NCBI RefSeq assembly: GCF_003334315.1
Contig: NZ_QOWR01000018.1
DNA from: Escherichia coli
GTDB taxonomy: Bacteria; Pseudomonadota; Gammaproteobacteria; Enterobacterales; Enterobacteriaceae
DNA: 64,000 bases
Strand: one strand, 5' to 3'
A program made the position numbers and the translations under genes. The notes beneath the pieces are model-generated. The model was not told the DNA's origin. It saw only the letters and a list, made by a program, of their open reading frames with translations, and searched no databases. Positions 37,909 to 47,451 of this stretch are shown here, piece after piece (positions within the stretch are counted from its first letter, which is position 1; each line of letters starts with the position of its first letter).

Positions 37909-38109
37909 ATGACTAAAGAAGAATTTGTCTCTTATATTTTTGATAAAACGGTTGAAATGTATGCCGCTACTTACGGGTCCTGTAATCCTCTGAATAAACC
38001 AGAGGGGAAAGATGATTTCGACAAAATTTACCGCTTCTTGGAGGACCGCTATATCAAAAGGTTAGAGGACGCAGGGATCAAATCCCCAGTGAAGTCACCA
38101 TTGTCCTGA
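37909..38109 (+). CDS. hypothetical 66 aa protein, antisense to the dicB operon
   Basis: ATG at 37909 preceded by AAGGAA RBS; MTKEEFVSYIFDKTVEMYAATYGSCNPLNKPEGKDDFDKIYRFLEDRYIKRLEDAGIKSPVKSPLS. Confidence 0.4.
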   Translation: MTKEEFVSYIFDKTVEMYAATYGSCNPLNKPEGKDDFDKIYRFLEDRYIKRLEDAGIKSPVKSPLS

Positions 38110-38455
38110 GAACTTGCAGGACGTCATGATCGTAACTTCCATCCAAACCGCGACGGCAAATTGCTTCTCGTATTACCGGAAGCAGTTCGCTGGAAATCTC
38201 GGTGCATATTTCACCTGCTAATACGCCTGGCTCAAGTGAGAATATTGGTGAACTTACGGTCTTGGTCTCGACAGTTTCAGAGTCAGTGCCAACATTATAA
38301 AGCTCAACGAAAGCGGTCTTGATTTTCCGGGCCAGATCTTTTGCTGGCTCGCTTGCAATATCTTTCCCGATTTCTCGCAGCACAGAATGCAATGTATGAG
38401 CTGCTGTTTTCTGTACATCAGACGGTAAATCTTTAAATTCCATCGTCAGCCTCAT
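38078..38455 (-). CDS. hypothetical 125 aa protein in the dicB operon (position of K-12 ydfB/ydfC)
   Basis: ORF between ydfA-like gene and DicF on the operon strand. Confidence 0.5.
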   Translation of the reverse strand: MRLTMEFKDLPSDVQKTAAHTLHSVLREIGKDIASEPAKDLARKIKTAFVELYNVGTDSETVETKTVSSPIFSLEPGVLAGEICTEISSELLPVIREAICRRGLDGSYDHDVLQVLRTMVTSLGI

Positions 38456-38607
38456 CAGTCAGTGTTTCTGGCTAACCAGCAACGCGCGCCAGATTCGGTT
38501 TTAAACGTTTTGCTTTTGGTATATGTCATCGCGGTGAACGTACCGTCCTGGTTGGGGAACACGCCACATACCAGAGATTCGCTGTTGCCAAGATCGATAG
38601 TATCCAT
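38455..38607 (-). CDS. YdfA-like small protein (50 aa)
   Basis: First small ORF downstream of the Ob-like operator; MDTIDLGNSESLVCGVFPNQDGTFTAMTYTKSKTFKTESGARCWLARNTD. Confidence 0.5.
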   Translation of the reverse strand: MDTIDLGNSESLVCGVFPNQDGTFTAMTYTKSKTFKTESGARCWLARNTD

Positions 38608-38721
38608 GCTGACCTCATTTCCCCTTAACGCCGGGGTAGCGGAACTGTTTGCTGAGAACACCGTGCGGTGTGTTGATGGAGGTAATTTAGTTTTCTCATT
38701 ATTTTTCGTCAAGGTTTTTTG

Positions 38722-38735
38722 ATGAGAAAACTCAA
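38722..38735. promoter_or_regulatory. operator-like palindrome (candidate DicA site Ob) upstream of the ydfA-dicB operon
   Basis: TGAGAAAACTCAAGTATTG, near-identical copy of the motif at 39258-39276. Confidence 0.55.
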
Positions 38736-38799
38736 GTATTGGCGCAAGATAAAGCCAATACATTGAAATGTAAGGCTTTAAAATTTTGTGAAGGGATGA

Positions 38800-39207
38800 T
38801 TATTGATGCTTGTTGCGTTTGCGAGCCTCTAATAGCTCGGTGAACAGGCGATTAAAATTCTCAACGCGGGCGCGGAGTTCGCTGAGTTGTGCTTGTTGCT
38901 CTGATTTAGGAAGTGCGCGATACAAACGCAGCATCTCTAACTCATCTTCCGATAAGTCTAAGGCACTATCGAGTGAAACAGGGGGAGCTGGTGTTTTGTC
39001 CTCGTCGCCAAACAGTATCCAGGTTGGTGAACATTGCAATACCTCGGCGAGGCGATGCAAATTTTGCCCACGCGGGGCTGTATGGTCACTTTCCCATAAT
39101 GAAATTGATGAGCCAGATACGCCAGCAGCTTTGCTTAAACCGTTTTGACTTAAGCCTACCTGCTTACGTCTTTCTCTAATGCGTTGACCTAAAGTTTTCT
39201 CGTTCAT
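38800..39207 (-). CDS. dicA: DicA repressor (XRE-family HTH, 135 aa from MNEKTLGQRIRERR)
   Basis: HTH motif and conserved LQCSPTWILFGDEDK segment recalled from DicA. Confidence 0.85.
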   Translation of the reverse strand: MNEKTLGQRIRERRKQVGLSQNGLSKAAGVSGSSISLWESDHTAPRGQNLHRLAEVLQCSPTWILFGDEDKTPAPPVSLDSALDLSEDELEMLRLYRALPKSEQQAQLSELRARVENFNRLFTELLEARKRNKHQ

Positions 39208-39257
39208 ATTTAGATATCTTAATAACCCTTGACTTGAGATTCCTTGAGTGATTAGCA

Positions 39258-39271
39258 TTGAGAAAACTCAA
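39258..39271. promoter_or_regulatory. operator-like palindrome (candidate DicA site Oc) in the dicA-dicC divergent region
   Basis: TTGAGAAAACTCAA inverted repeat between divergent dicA and dicC starts. Confidence 0.55.
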
Positions 39272-39284
39272 TATTGGAGGTGCG

Positions 39285-39512
39285 ATGTTTAAATCAGACG
39301 TAATTAATTTTTACGGTACGAAAGCCAAAGTAGCGAAAGCTGCTGGCGTTGACCCATCTGCTGTTTCTCAATGGCAAGAGCTGGTTCCTGAAGGTCGCGC
39401 GATGCGTCTACAGGAGGCATCTGGCGGGGAGCTTCTGTATGATCCCAAGGTTTATGACGAATATCGTAAGACGAAGCGGGCGGGGCGGTTGAACAATGAA
39501 AATCACTCCTGA
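39285..39512 (+). CDS. dicC: DicC (Cro-like regulator), ATG with GGAGGT RBS
   Basis: C-terminal LVPEGRAMRLQEASGGELLYDPKVYDEYRKTKRAGRLNNENHS as recalled for DicC; divergent from dicA. Confidence 0.75.
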   Translation: MFKSDVINFYGTKAKVAKAAGVDPSAVSQWQELVPEGRAMRLQEASGGELLYDPKVYDEYRKTKRAGRLNNENHS

Positions 39513-40017
39513 ACAGGCTCGTGAGGCTCTGGATGCCTGGATATGTCGACCAGGAATGACACAGGAGCAGGCGACGATATTAATCACTGAAGCATTCTGG
39601 GCTTTGAAAGAGCGCCCGAACATCGATGTTCAGCGTGTCACAGATGAAGGTGGCGCGGTTGATCAGCGAGCGCTTGGCGTTAATCGAGTGAAGATATTCG
39701 AACGCTGGAAGGCTATCGACACCAGGGATAAGCGTGAAAAGTTCACGGCGCTAGTGCCTGCAATTATGGAGGCTATCCGGATTAATGATTTCAGGTTGTA
39801 TCGTGAAATTAGTGACGGAAAAAGCATCACGTACATGATCGCCGGGTTAAACAAAGAATATGGCGATGTGGTGGAGTCCGGACTGCTTTTTGCTGATCCT
39901 GCCGTAGTGGATCGTGAAACTGACGAACTTATAGAAAAAGCAATTGCTTTCAAACTTGCGTATCGACAGCAATACCAACAAAAAGCTGGATGGAATTATG
40001 AGCCTTCTTTTTGCTGA
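39496..40017 (+). CDS. YdaT-like early-region protein (173 aa)
   Basis: Position immediately after the cro-like gene; weak resemblance to Rac YdaT. Confidence 0.45.
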   Translation: MKITPEQAREALDAWICRPGMTQEQATILITEAFWALKERPNIDVQRVTDEGGAVDQRALGVNRVKIFERWKAIDTRDKREKFTALVPAIMEAIRINDFRLYREISDGKSITYMIAGLNKEYGDVVESGLLFADPAVVDRETDELIEKAIAFKLAYRQQYQQKAGWNYEPSFC

Positions 40018-40963
40018 ACGCCCACTGGTTATAAACACACAGCTTGCGATGAAGATTGGCTTAAATGAAGCCATTGTGTTGCAGCAGTTGCATTACTGGT
40101 TGAGAGATACCAATTCCGGCATGGAATGTGATGGTGTTCGCTGGATTTACAACACAACGGAACAATGGCTGGAACAGTTCCCATTCTGGTCAGAGTCAAC
40201 GTTAAAGCGCGCGTTTGCAAGTCTGAAAACGCTGGGGCTTTTGCGTTGTGAAAAGCTCAATAAATCAAAGCGCGATATGACCAATTTCTACACGATCAAC
40301 TATGGGAGCGAGCTTTTAGATGGTGGCAAATTGAACGAATCCATCGGTTCAAAATGCGCCGCTCCATCAGGTCAAAATGACACGATGGAAGAGGTCAAAA
40401 TGAAACGCTCCATTGGTTCAAAACGACCCAATGTCATCGGGTCAAAATGGCCTGATGATCTTACAGAGAATACAACAGAGATTACTACAGAGAATAAAAA
40501 CACTTTTCGTCCGGAAGCTTCGCAACCGGACCCGCAGACCGCTGAACAGGATTTTTTAATCCGGAACCCCGACGCGGTTGTGTTTAGTGCGAAAAAACGC
40601 CAGTGGGGTAGCAGGGAGGATTTGGCGTGTGCGCAGTGGATTTGGGGGCGGATCGTGAACCTTTACGAACAGGCTGCCAGCGACGATGGAGAGATCATGC
40701 GACCAAAAGAGCCTAACTGGACAGCCTGGGCCAATGACGTGCGCACAATGCGGATGCTGGATGGCAGAAGCCACAGACAAATTTGCGAAATGTTTGGTCG
40801 GGTACAGCGAGATCCATTCTGGGTAAAAAACATCATGAGCCCGTCAAAACTCCGCGAAAAATGGGACGAACTGGTCATCCGCTTGGGACGTTCACCTGTA
40901 CAGCGTTGTGTGAATCATATTTCTGAACCGGATACAGAAATTCCGCCTGGTTTCAGGGGATAA
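39998..40963 (+). CDS. putative phage replication initiation protein (O/YdaU-like N-terminal domain)
   Basis: 321 aa from MSLLFAERPLVINTQLAMKIGLNEAIVLQQLHYWL; position in the replication module. Confidence 0.5.
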   Translation: MSLLFAERPLVINTQLAMKIGLNEAIVLQQLHYWLRDTNSGMECDGVRWIYNTTEQWLEQFPFWSESTLKRAFASLKTLGLLRCEKLNKSKRDMTNFYTINYGSELLDGGKLNESIGSKCAAPSGQNDTMEEVKMKRSIGSKRPNVIGSKWPDDLTENTTEITTENKNTFRPEASQPDPQTAEQDFLIRNPDAVVFSAKKRQWGSREDLACAQWIWGRIVNLYEQAASDDGEIMRPKEPNWTAWANDVRTMRMLDGRSHRQICEMFGRVQRDPFWVKNIMSPSKLREKWDELVIRLGRSPVQRCVNHISEPDTEIPPGFRG

Positions 40964-41003
40964 GTGTTGATTTCAGGTCATGAGGTAATTTTAAGGAGGA
41001 CTT

Positions 41004-41426
41004 GTGGCAAAAGTTTTTACACAGGAAGAGCGGGAAAAAATTAAAGAGCAGGTGGTCGAACTTGTGCGCCAGAGCGGTCGCGAGACATTACGACAGTTGG
41101 AAGCTAAAACAGGTGCGACAAGATATCTGATGAGCATTCTTGCCAGAGAGCTGGTTGCCAGTGGTTATGTATACAACTCCGGCTACGGGTTATTCCCGTC
41201 TGAACAGGCACGAAAGGACTGGCAAAATGCCCGCAAAAAACTCTCTAGGGCGAAGGTGAAGAAACCCGCTGTGGTTGATCCGGACCTTATCTGGTCACTA
41301 CCTGATGGAGAAATACGTCGCTACGACAGTCGTCTAAACATAATCTGTCGCGAGTGCCGGAAGAGTGAAGCTATGCAGCGTGTACTGGCTTTCTATCAGG
41401 GTAATTTTCAGGAGGCGGTACTGTGA
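41004..41426 (+). CDS. hypothetical protein (140 aa), early region
   Basis: ORF with upstream AGGAGG RBS; no recognizable family. Confidence 0.5.
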   Translation: MAKVFTQEEREKIKEQVVELVRQSGRETLRQLEAKTGATRYLMSILARELVASGYVYNSGYGLFPSEQARKDWQNARKKLSRAKVKKPAVVDPDLIWSLPDGEIRRYDSRLNIICRECRKSEAMQRVLAFYQGNFQEAVL

Positions 41427-42107
41427 GTGAAATTAGCTATCAGGCTTCAATTACCGCTGGCATTCGCATCAAAGGAGAGGAGCATGGAAATAAAACCAGA
41501 GGATTAGTTAAGCAATATCGTTTTATTTCCGATAAAAGAGGATGACCCTCGTAATCAGGTTAATTTTCTTTATGAGCCATCGGAAAGACCATATTGCCAT
41601 CACGCTTCTGTCCGGGTTGACGAAAAAGAGCGTCAGGTCCGCTGTAAAATCTGAGGTGCAGTTGTGGAGCCATTTGACTGGATGCTCTCTGTGGCGAAAA
41701 GAGAAACCAGACTGGCAGATGATGTAAGGCTCTTGCGCCAGGAGGAACGGGAAAGACGAAAAAATATAGAAAAGCTAATTCAGATTGAGCGTAACGGGAA
41801 AGCGCGGATACGCAGGGTGACAAAATCCAGAACTGAATAATTAAATTTAGCACTGTTAAAAATTTAATCCTTAACCGGAGGGATTTCTGCACCCTCAGAA
41901 CATCAGGAGGCCGCCCGAAAGGGCGGTAGTTAAATGCGAAAGTTTAAAATAATTATTGAAACGGGAATAGCCGGTGGAGATTTCGAGGATGAATTCGAAG
42001 TGGATAATGATGCGACGCCTGATGAAATACATGACGAAGCAAAAGATATTTTCTTTAACTACTGCAATTAATCATATCACGAAATAAAAGACGAAGAGGA
42101 AGAACAA

Positions 42108-42284
42108 AATGGCTGATTTTGGTTCAACTAAATACAACGTCGGTTTTGAAGAATGGCATGAACTGTTAATGGACTATGCAGAGTTACGTGGTGGCAGTGC
42201 TGCTGATGCTGAAGCATGGCGTGATGATTATGAAGCAGGAAAAACTCCGGTCGAAGCATATTGTGATGAGTGGGGCGATGAATG
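42108..42284 (+). CDS. hypothetical small acidic protein (58 aa)
   Basis: ATG with AGGAAG RBS; stop overlaps the start of a further small ORF (ATGA coupling). Confidence 0.35.
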
Positions 42285-42767
42285 AGCGAGGTTAATTATC
42301 AGGAAGGGCATGAAACGGCGGGGCAAGCAAAAACAGTGGCATGGCGATATCGCTACGTGAAAAAAAGGCGTTACGGACTTTCAGGGGAAGTAGTGGTCTG
42401 GTGACTGGAAATATGTACCGAAAAAAGAGGATTGTAACGATAGGCCGAACTATGAAATTCAGGCCTTATTCACTGCCCCGCCAGTCCCGGTTACATCAGA
42501 AGAACTGGTTAAAGCTGTGCACTTTTATGAACAACTAAAACGCGAAAATCCACCAGCATCCGGAAACCTGATTACAGGTTCCCAGATAAGGCAATGAGCT
42601 ACCTGGCGCAGAACGGGCTGATAAGTATGGGGAATGTTTTACGATGAATATTTAGACTAAAGAGTTTGTAACGCTATGTAAGTGATTTTTTCTGGTTTAG
42701 ATATTTATATGTCCGGCTAAATTGAGGTGTGTTTAAATGTTATTGCACATTGATTGTAGGGGGAATA

Positions 42768-42947
42768 ATGAAAAACGCATTGCAGTTTTTGTTTGTTGCG
42801 TTCTGGTTGTTCGCATCATGTATGCCCATCATCTTCACAGCAAGGTATATGGAAAAAGTTGATGTTTTGATATTAATATTTGGATATATAAATGCCCTTT
42901 TTTTAGGGGTGTTCATGGCGGTCATGTGCATTGAATACTGGCGGTAA
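42768..42947 (+). CDS. hypothetical small membrane protein (59 aa, two hydrophobic helices)
   Basis: GGGGGAATAATG RBS/start; MKNALQFLFVAFWLFASCMPIIFTARYMEKVDVLILIFGYINALFLGVFMAVMCIEYWR. Confidence 0.45.
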   Translation: MKNALQFLFVAFWLFASCMPIIFTARYMEKVDVLILIFGYINALFLGVFMAVMCIEYWR

Positions 42948-43204
42948 ATACAGCGAACTCCATTGGTTTAGTTGGATATTTACTGTGCTGGACAAAACGG
43001 TTTGCGGGGAAATCTTAGTTAAGTAGAATGACTGCGGGTACTTGAGGCTATCTGCCTCGGGCACGAACACCAACGGCAGGTAGAGAAAAGCCCCAGTTAA
43101 CATTACGCGTCCTGCAAGACGCTTAACATTAATCTGAGGCCAATTTCATGCTAGACACATGTAGGTTAGCCTCTTACGTGCCGAAAGGCAAGGAGAAGCA
43201 GGCT

Positions 43205-43360
43205 ATGAAGCAGCAAAAGGCGATGTTAATCGCCCTGATCGTCATCTGTTTAACCGTCATAGTGACGGCACTGGTAACGAGGAAAGACCTCTGCGAGGTA
43301 CGAATCCGAACCGGCCAGACGGAGGTCGCTGTCTTCACAGCTTACGAACCTGAGGAGTAA
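43205..43360 (+). CDS. hokD: Hok-family type I toxin (HokD/RelF-like, 51 aa)
   Basis: MKQQKAMLIALIVICLTVIVTALVTRKDLCEVRIRTGQTEVAVFTAYEPEE; upstream in-frame leader ORF from 43148 (mok-like). Confidence 0.85.
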   Translation: MKQQKAMLIALIVICLTVIVTALVTRKDLCEVRIRTGQTEVAVFTAYEPEE

Positions 43361-43428
43361 GAGACCCGGCGAGGGAGAAATCCCTCGCCACCTCTGATGT
43401 GGCAGGCATCCTCAACGCACCCGCACTT

Positions 43429-43455
43429 AACCCGCTTCGGCGGGTTTTTGTTTTT
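43429..43455 (+). terminator. rho-independent terminator downstream of hok
   Basis: CCCGC-ttcg-GCGGG hairpin followed by TTTTTGTTTTT. Confidence 0.65.
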
Positions 43456-43576
43456 ATTTTCAACGCGTTTGAAGTTCTGGACGGTGCCGGAATAGAATCA
43501 AAAATACTTAAGTAGCGCGCAGGGATAAGAGGGATGGTCCCTTAAAGGGGAGAGCTAATTATCCGGAAGGATTCTG

Positions 43577-43828
43577 ATGATGAACATCGAAGAACTGCGT
43601 AAAATTTTTTGTGAAGATGGCCTCTATGCTGTGTGCGTTGAAAATGGAAATCTTGTTAGTCATTACCGCATTATGTGTTTGCGAAAGAATGGGGCTGCGT
43701 TAATTAATTTTGTGGATGGTCGAGTGACAGACGGATTTATCTTGCGCGAAGGTGAGTTTGTCACTTCATTACAGGCACTGAAAGAGATCGGAATAAAAGC
43801 AGGCTTTTCAGCTTTTGCAGAAGAATAA
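43577..43828 (+). CDS. rem: Rem-like prophage protein (83 aa)
   Basis: Size and position between hokD and ydfU as in K-12 Qin. Confidence 0.55.
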   Translation: MMNIEELRKIFCEDGLYAVCVENGNLVSHYRIMCLRKNGAALINFVDGRVTDGFILREGEFVTSLQALKEIGIKAGFSAFAEE

Positions 43829-43894
43829 ACTCATCTACAATCTTGCGCGGGGCTGAACTCCCGCTGAGTAACACCGTGCCACCGGAGAAAACCG

Positions 43895-44173
43895 ATGGCA
43901 CGCAACGTAAAATATTACAATTCTGATAATTCGCCCGTTCTTGCCTGCACGCACGAGCGGTATTCTCACGCATTCAAGTCTGAATGGTTCCAGCACCCTC
44001 CATGCACTGAAGAGCAGGCTGAATGGATAATTCAGTGTTACCGCAGGCGCGGATACGAGGTTAAGAAAGCTCTTAGTCTCGACTACCGTCACTGGATAAT
44101 CTCAGTCAGATTGCCTTACTCCGAACGCCCACCGCGTCCGTCCCGTACATTCCAGCAACGCATCTGGAGGTAA
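43895..44173 (+). CDS. hypothetical protein (92 aa)
   Basis: ORF between rem and ydfU-like gene; its stop lies just before the GGAGG-GTG start of the next gene. Confidence 0.45.
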   Translation: MARNVKYYNSDNSPVLACTHERYSHAFKSEWFQHPPCTEEQAEWIIQCYRRRGYEVKKALSLDYRHWIISVRLPYSERPPRPSRTFQQRIWR

Positions 44174-44174
44174 C

Positions 44175-45224
44175 GTGCGGGTATTACTTCGACCTGTTCT
44201 GGTACCGGAACTCGGGCTGGTGGTCGTTAAGCCGGGCCGTGAATCCATGCCGGTATTCCACAATACCCGGGTACTGGTGGAGCCGGAACCGAAAAGCATG
44301 CGTAATCTGCCGTCCGGGGTCGTTCCTGCCGTTCGCCAGCCGCTGGTGGAAGACAAAACATTGCTGCCGTTTTTCAGTAACGCACGGGTAATTCGTGCTG
44401 CTGGTGGTGCTGGTGCATTGTCTGACTGGCTGTTGCGCCATATTAAATCCTGCCAGTGGCCACACGGCGATTATCATCACAGCGAAACCGTTATTCACCG
44501 TTATGGTACCGGCGCAATGGTGTTGTGCTGGCACTGCGACAACCAGCTGCGTGACCAGACATCCGAATCACTCGAGCAACTTGCTCATCAAAACCTGTCA
44601 GCATGGATGATTGACGTCATCGGTCACGCAATAAGCGGTACGCAGGAGCGTGAATTATCTCTGGCTGAATTATCCTGGTGGGCGGTCCGCAATCAGGTGG
44701 CGGACGCGCTACCGTAAGTGGTATTACGTCGCTCGCTGGGATTACCAGCGGAAAAAAACTGCTCGGTGTACCGCGAAAGCGACATCGTACCGGGAGAGCA
44801 GACCGCCACCAGCATATTGAAACAGCGCACAAAAAATCTTGCACCGTTGCCTCACGCCCACCAGCAACAAAACCCATCACAGGAAAAGACGGTGGTAAGC
44901 ATCACCGTTGATCCAGAGTCTCCGGAATCTTTCATGAAGCTGCCTAAACGTCACCGTTGGGTTAAGGAGAAATACACACGCTGGGTTAAGACACAGCCGT
45001 GTGCTTGCTGCGGTATGCCAGCCGACGATCCGCATCATCTGATTGGTCACGGGCAGGGCGGAATGGGAACCAAAGCACATGATCTCTTTGTGTTGCCTTT
45101 GTGCAGAAAGCATCACGACGAGTTGCATACGGATACCGTGGCATTTGAAGAGAAGTATGGCTCCCAACTGGAGCTGATTTTTCGATTTATCGATCGCGCG
45201 CTGGCAATTGGTGTGCTGGCCTAA
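44175..45224 (+). pseudogene. YdfU-like (DUF968-type, Cys/His-rich) gene interrupted by an in-frame TAA at 44715-44717
   Basis: ORFs 44175-44717 and 44718-45224 are in the same frame separated by one stop codon; combined length 349 codons. Confidence 0.55.
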
Positions 45225-45241
45225 TTTTGTGGAGTAAGTTG

Positions 45242-45619
45242 ATGCGTGATATTCAGATGGTTCTTGAGCGTTGGGGGGCATGGGCGGCTAATAATCATGA
45301 AGATGTGACCTGGTCGTCCATTGCCGCCGGTTTTAAGGGATTAATTCCTTCAAAAGTAAGATCTCGTCCGCAATGCTGTGACGATGACGCGATGATCATT
45401 TGTGAATGTATGGCTCGCCTGAAAAAAAACAACAGCGATTTACATGATTTATTGGTGGACTATTATGTCGGCGGCATGACTTTTATGGCGCTTGCACGTA
45501 AGCATGGGCGATCTGATTGTTGGGTTGGCAGGATGCTCCAGAAAGCTGAGGGCGTAGTGGAGGGCATGCTGATGGTGTTGGATCTCCGATTGGAGATGGA
45601 TGCTGATTGTTCGAAATAA
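45242..45619 (+). CDS. late-gene antitermination protein Q (QuuD-like, 125 aa)
   Basis: [24 protein letters not shown]...; position immediately upstream of the lysis region; GGAG RBS. Confidence 0.7.
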   Translation: MRDIQMVLERWGAWAANNHEDVTWSSIAAGFKGLIPSKVRSRPQCCDDDAMIICECMARLKKNNSDLHDLLVDYYVGGMTFMALARKHGRSDCWVGRMLQKAEGVVEGMLMVLDLRLEMDADCSK

Positions 45620-45718
45620 TTAAAGGAAAAGTTGCTGTCTGATTTTCATTAGTCTAACATTTTAAATGTTGGAATCGCAACGTAGTTATTATCATATAAC
45701 AGCTTGTTTCCTGATTTA

Positions 45719-45747
45719 GCCAGCCTCCCCAAAGGCTGGTTTTTTTC
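45719..45747 (+). terminator. rho-independent terminator downstream of Q (tR'-like)
   Basis: CCAGCC-tccccaaa-GGCTGG hairpin followed by TTTTTTT. Confidence 0.7.
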
Positions 45748-45774
45748 TAATAAGTATCATTTCGGGTGGGGATT

Positions 45775-46299
45775 TTATTGTTTAACCCATAATAGTTCAT
45801 TGACATTGAATCCCAACTTTTGAGCGGTACGCACATAGTCTGCTTTTACATTATCTGGAATAGTTTGGGTCCTTGCCAGAATCCATAGGTATTCTCTGTT
45901 CGGACCACTGACAAGAGCATACTTATACTCATCATCCAGCTTGATTACATTATAGCCACCATAGAAGGGGCCAAAAAACGAAACTTTCAACGCTGCAGTT
46001 TTAGTATCTCCAGTAAAGTATGCTTTACCTTCGCTCTCGCTCCATTTGTTTTTCGTTGGATCGTATCCACGGTTAAGTACGCGAATCCCTCCGTCGTTCC
46101 GTTTTTCATAAGTAGCGCTGACCTGTTCCAGACCACGTTCGAACCAGTTCTCGAGGCGAGCTATTTCATACCATTTTCCGAGGTAGCGGTTGGCGTCAAA
46201 ATTTGTAATCGGCTGCACACCTTTAGGTGGTGTCGGGGCCTTACATGCTATAAGAGTGAAAGAGAGTGCAATGCCAGTCAACACAGGCCATAACTTCAT
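45775..46299 (-). CDS. Blc-like outer membrane lipocalin lipoprotein (174 aa)
   Basis: Signal peptide with lipobox LIAC; lipocalin motifs (GKWYEIARL, YALVSGPNREYLWILAR). Confidence 0.75.
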   Translation of the reverse strand: MKLWPVLTGIALSFTLIACKAPTPPKGVQPITNFDANRYLGKWYEIARLENWFERGLEQVSATYEKRNDGGIRVLNRGYDPTKNKWSESEGKAYFTGDTKTAALKVSFFGPFYGGYNVIKLDDEYKYALVSGPNREYLWILARTQTIPDNVKADYVRTAQKLGFNVNELLWVKQ

Positions 46300-46491
46300 A
46301 ATAAATCCTGTACTTTTGATAGTTGAGAGTAAGTATGAAAGATAGATGAGTACGACCGATCACTTAAAGAACTTTCCTACTATATTAGGAATAGTCAATA
46401 ACAGAAAAATTGTCAGTGATGAAGCCAGAAAGGCAATTTAGTCCGTGCACTACAAAGTTTATGTGTTAATGAATTAGTCAAGGGGGAGGAA

Positions 46492-47451
46492 ATGATAAAA
46501 AAACCTGTGATTGGGATCAGCGGTTGTTTGGGCGGTTCTGCTGTTCGTTTTGATGGTGGTCACAAAAGAGATGACTTTTTAATGGACAAATTAGTGGAAT
46601 GGGTAACATTCAGACCAGTATGTCCGGAAATGGCTATAGGGCTGCCAGTTCCGCGTCCTGCTCTACGACTTGTGCGCTCGAAGCAAGGAAATATACGGAT
46701 GTGTTTCAGCCACGACCAGAATGAGGATGTGACAGAGAGAATGACAGAGTTTAGTCGTTCTTATATGGACAAATTAAAGGATGTATCGGGGTTTGTGGTT
46801 TGTGCTAAATCTCCCAGCTGTGGCATGGAGCGCGTGCGTGTCTATGATGAAAATGGTAATCGAGGTCGTAAAGATGGAGTGGGACTATTTACGAGCACTT
46901 TGATGGAAAAGTTTTCCTGGCTACCGGTTGAAGAGGATGGGCGATTACATGATCCAGTGCTTCGTGAGAATTTTATTGAAAGAGTTTTTGCTTTGCATGA
47001 GCTCAATCACCTTTACAAGGAGAAATTATCAAGAAGAGAGTTATTAGCTTTTCATAGTCGTTATAAGCTTCAGTTGTTGGCGCATAGCCAGGCAGGCTAT
47101 AAAGATATGGGACCATTTGTGGCTGCAATACACGAGTGGGCGGACCTTGAATCATACTTTGAGGTGTATCGTGATAATCTGATGGCGATTCTCAGAAAAC
47201 CAGCATCACGTAAAAATCACACGAATGTGCTGATGCATATACAGGGGTATTTTAGTAATTACTTAAGTACACGCCAGCGTAAAGAGTTGAGCGAGGTTAT
47301 ACTTAACTATCGCTTTGGCACATTGCCTCTTCTTGCGCCGTTGACTCTGCTGAAGCATTATCTGGGTGAGTATCCTAATGATTACTTGCTTACACAGAAT
47401 TACTTCGATCCCTATCCGGAAGAACTGGCTCTAAGACTGATGGTGAATTAA
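46492..47451 (+). CDS. DUF523/DUF1722-family protein (YbgA/TudS-like, 319 aa)
   Basis: N-terminal IGISGCLGGSAVRFDGGHKRD ... VCPEMAIGLPVPRPALRLV typical of DUF523 as recalled; AGGGGGAGGA RBS. Confidence 0.55.
   Translation: MIKKPVIGISGCLGGSAVRFDGGHKRDDFLMDKLVEWVTFRPVCPEMAIGLPVPRPALRLVRSKQGNIRMCFSHDQNEDVTERMTEFSRSYMDKLKDVSGFVVCAKSPSCGMERVRVYDENGNRGRKDGVGLFTSTLMEKFSWLPVEEDGRLHDPVLRENFIERVFALHELNHLYKEKLSRRELLAFHSRYKLQLLAHSQAGYKDMGPFVAAIHEWADLESYFEVYRDNLMAILRKPASRKNHTNVLMHIQGYFSNYLSTRQRKELSEVILNYRFGTLPLLAPLTLLKHYLGEYPNDYLLTQNYFDPYPEELALRLMVN

Noticed and set aside
41400-43150. relB/relE toxin-antitoxin genes expected upstream of hokD
   Set aside because: Scanned all frames; no RelB or RelE-like translation present in this strain.
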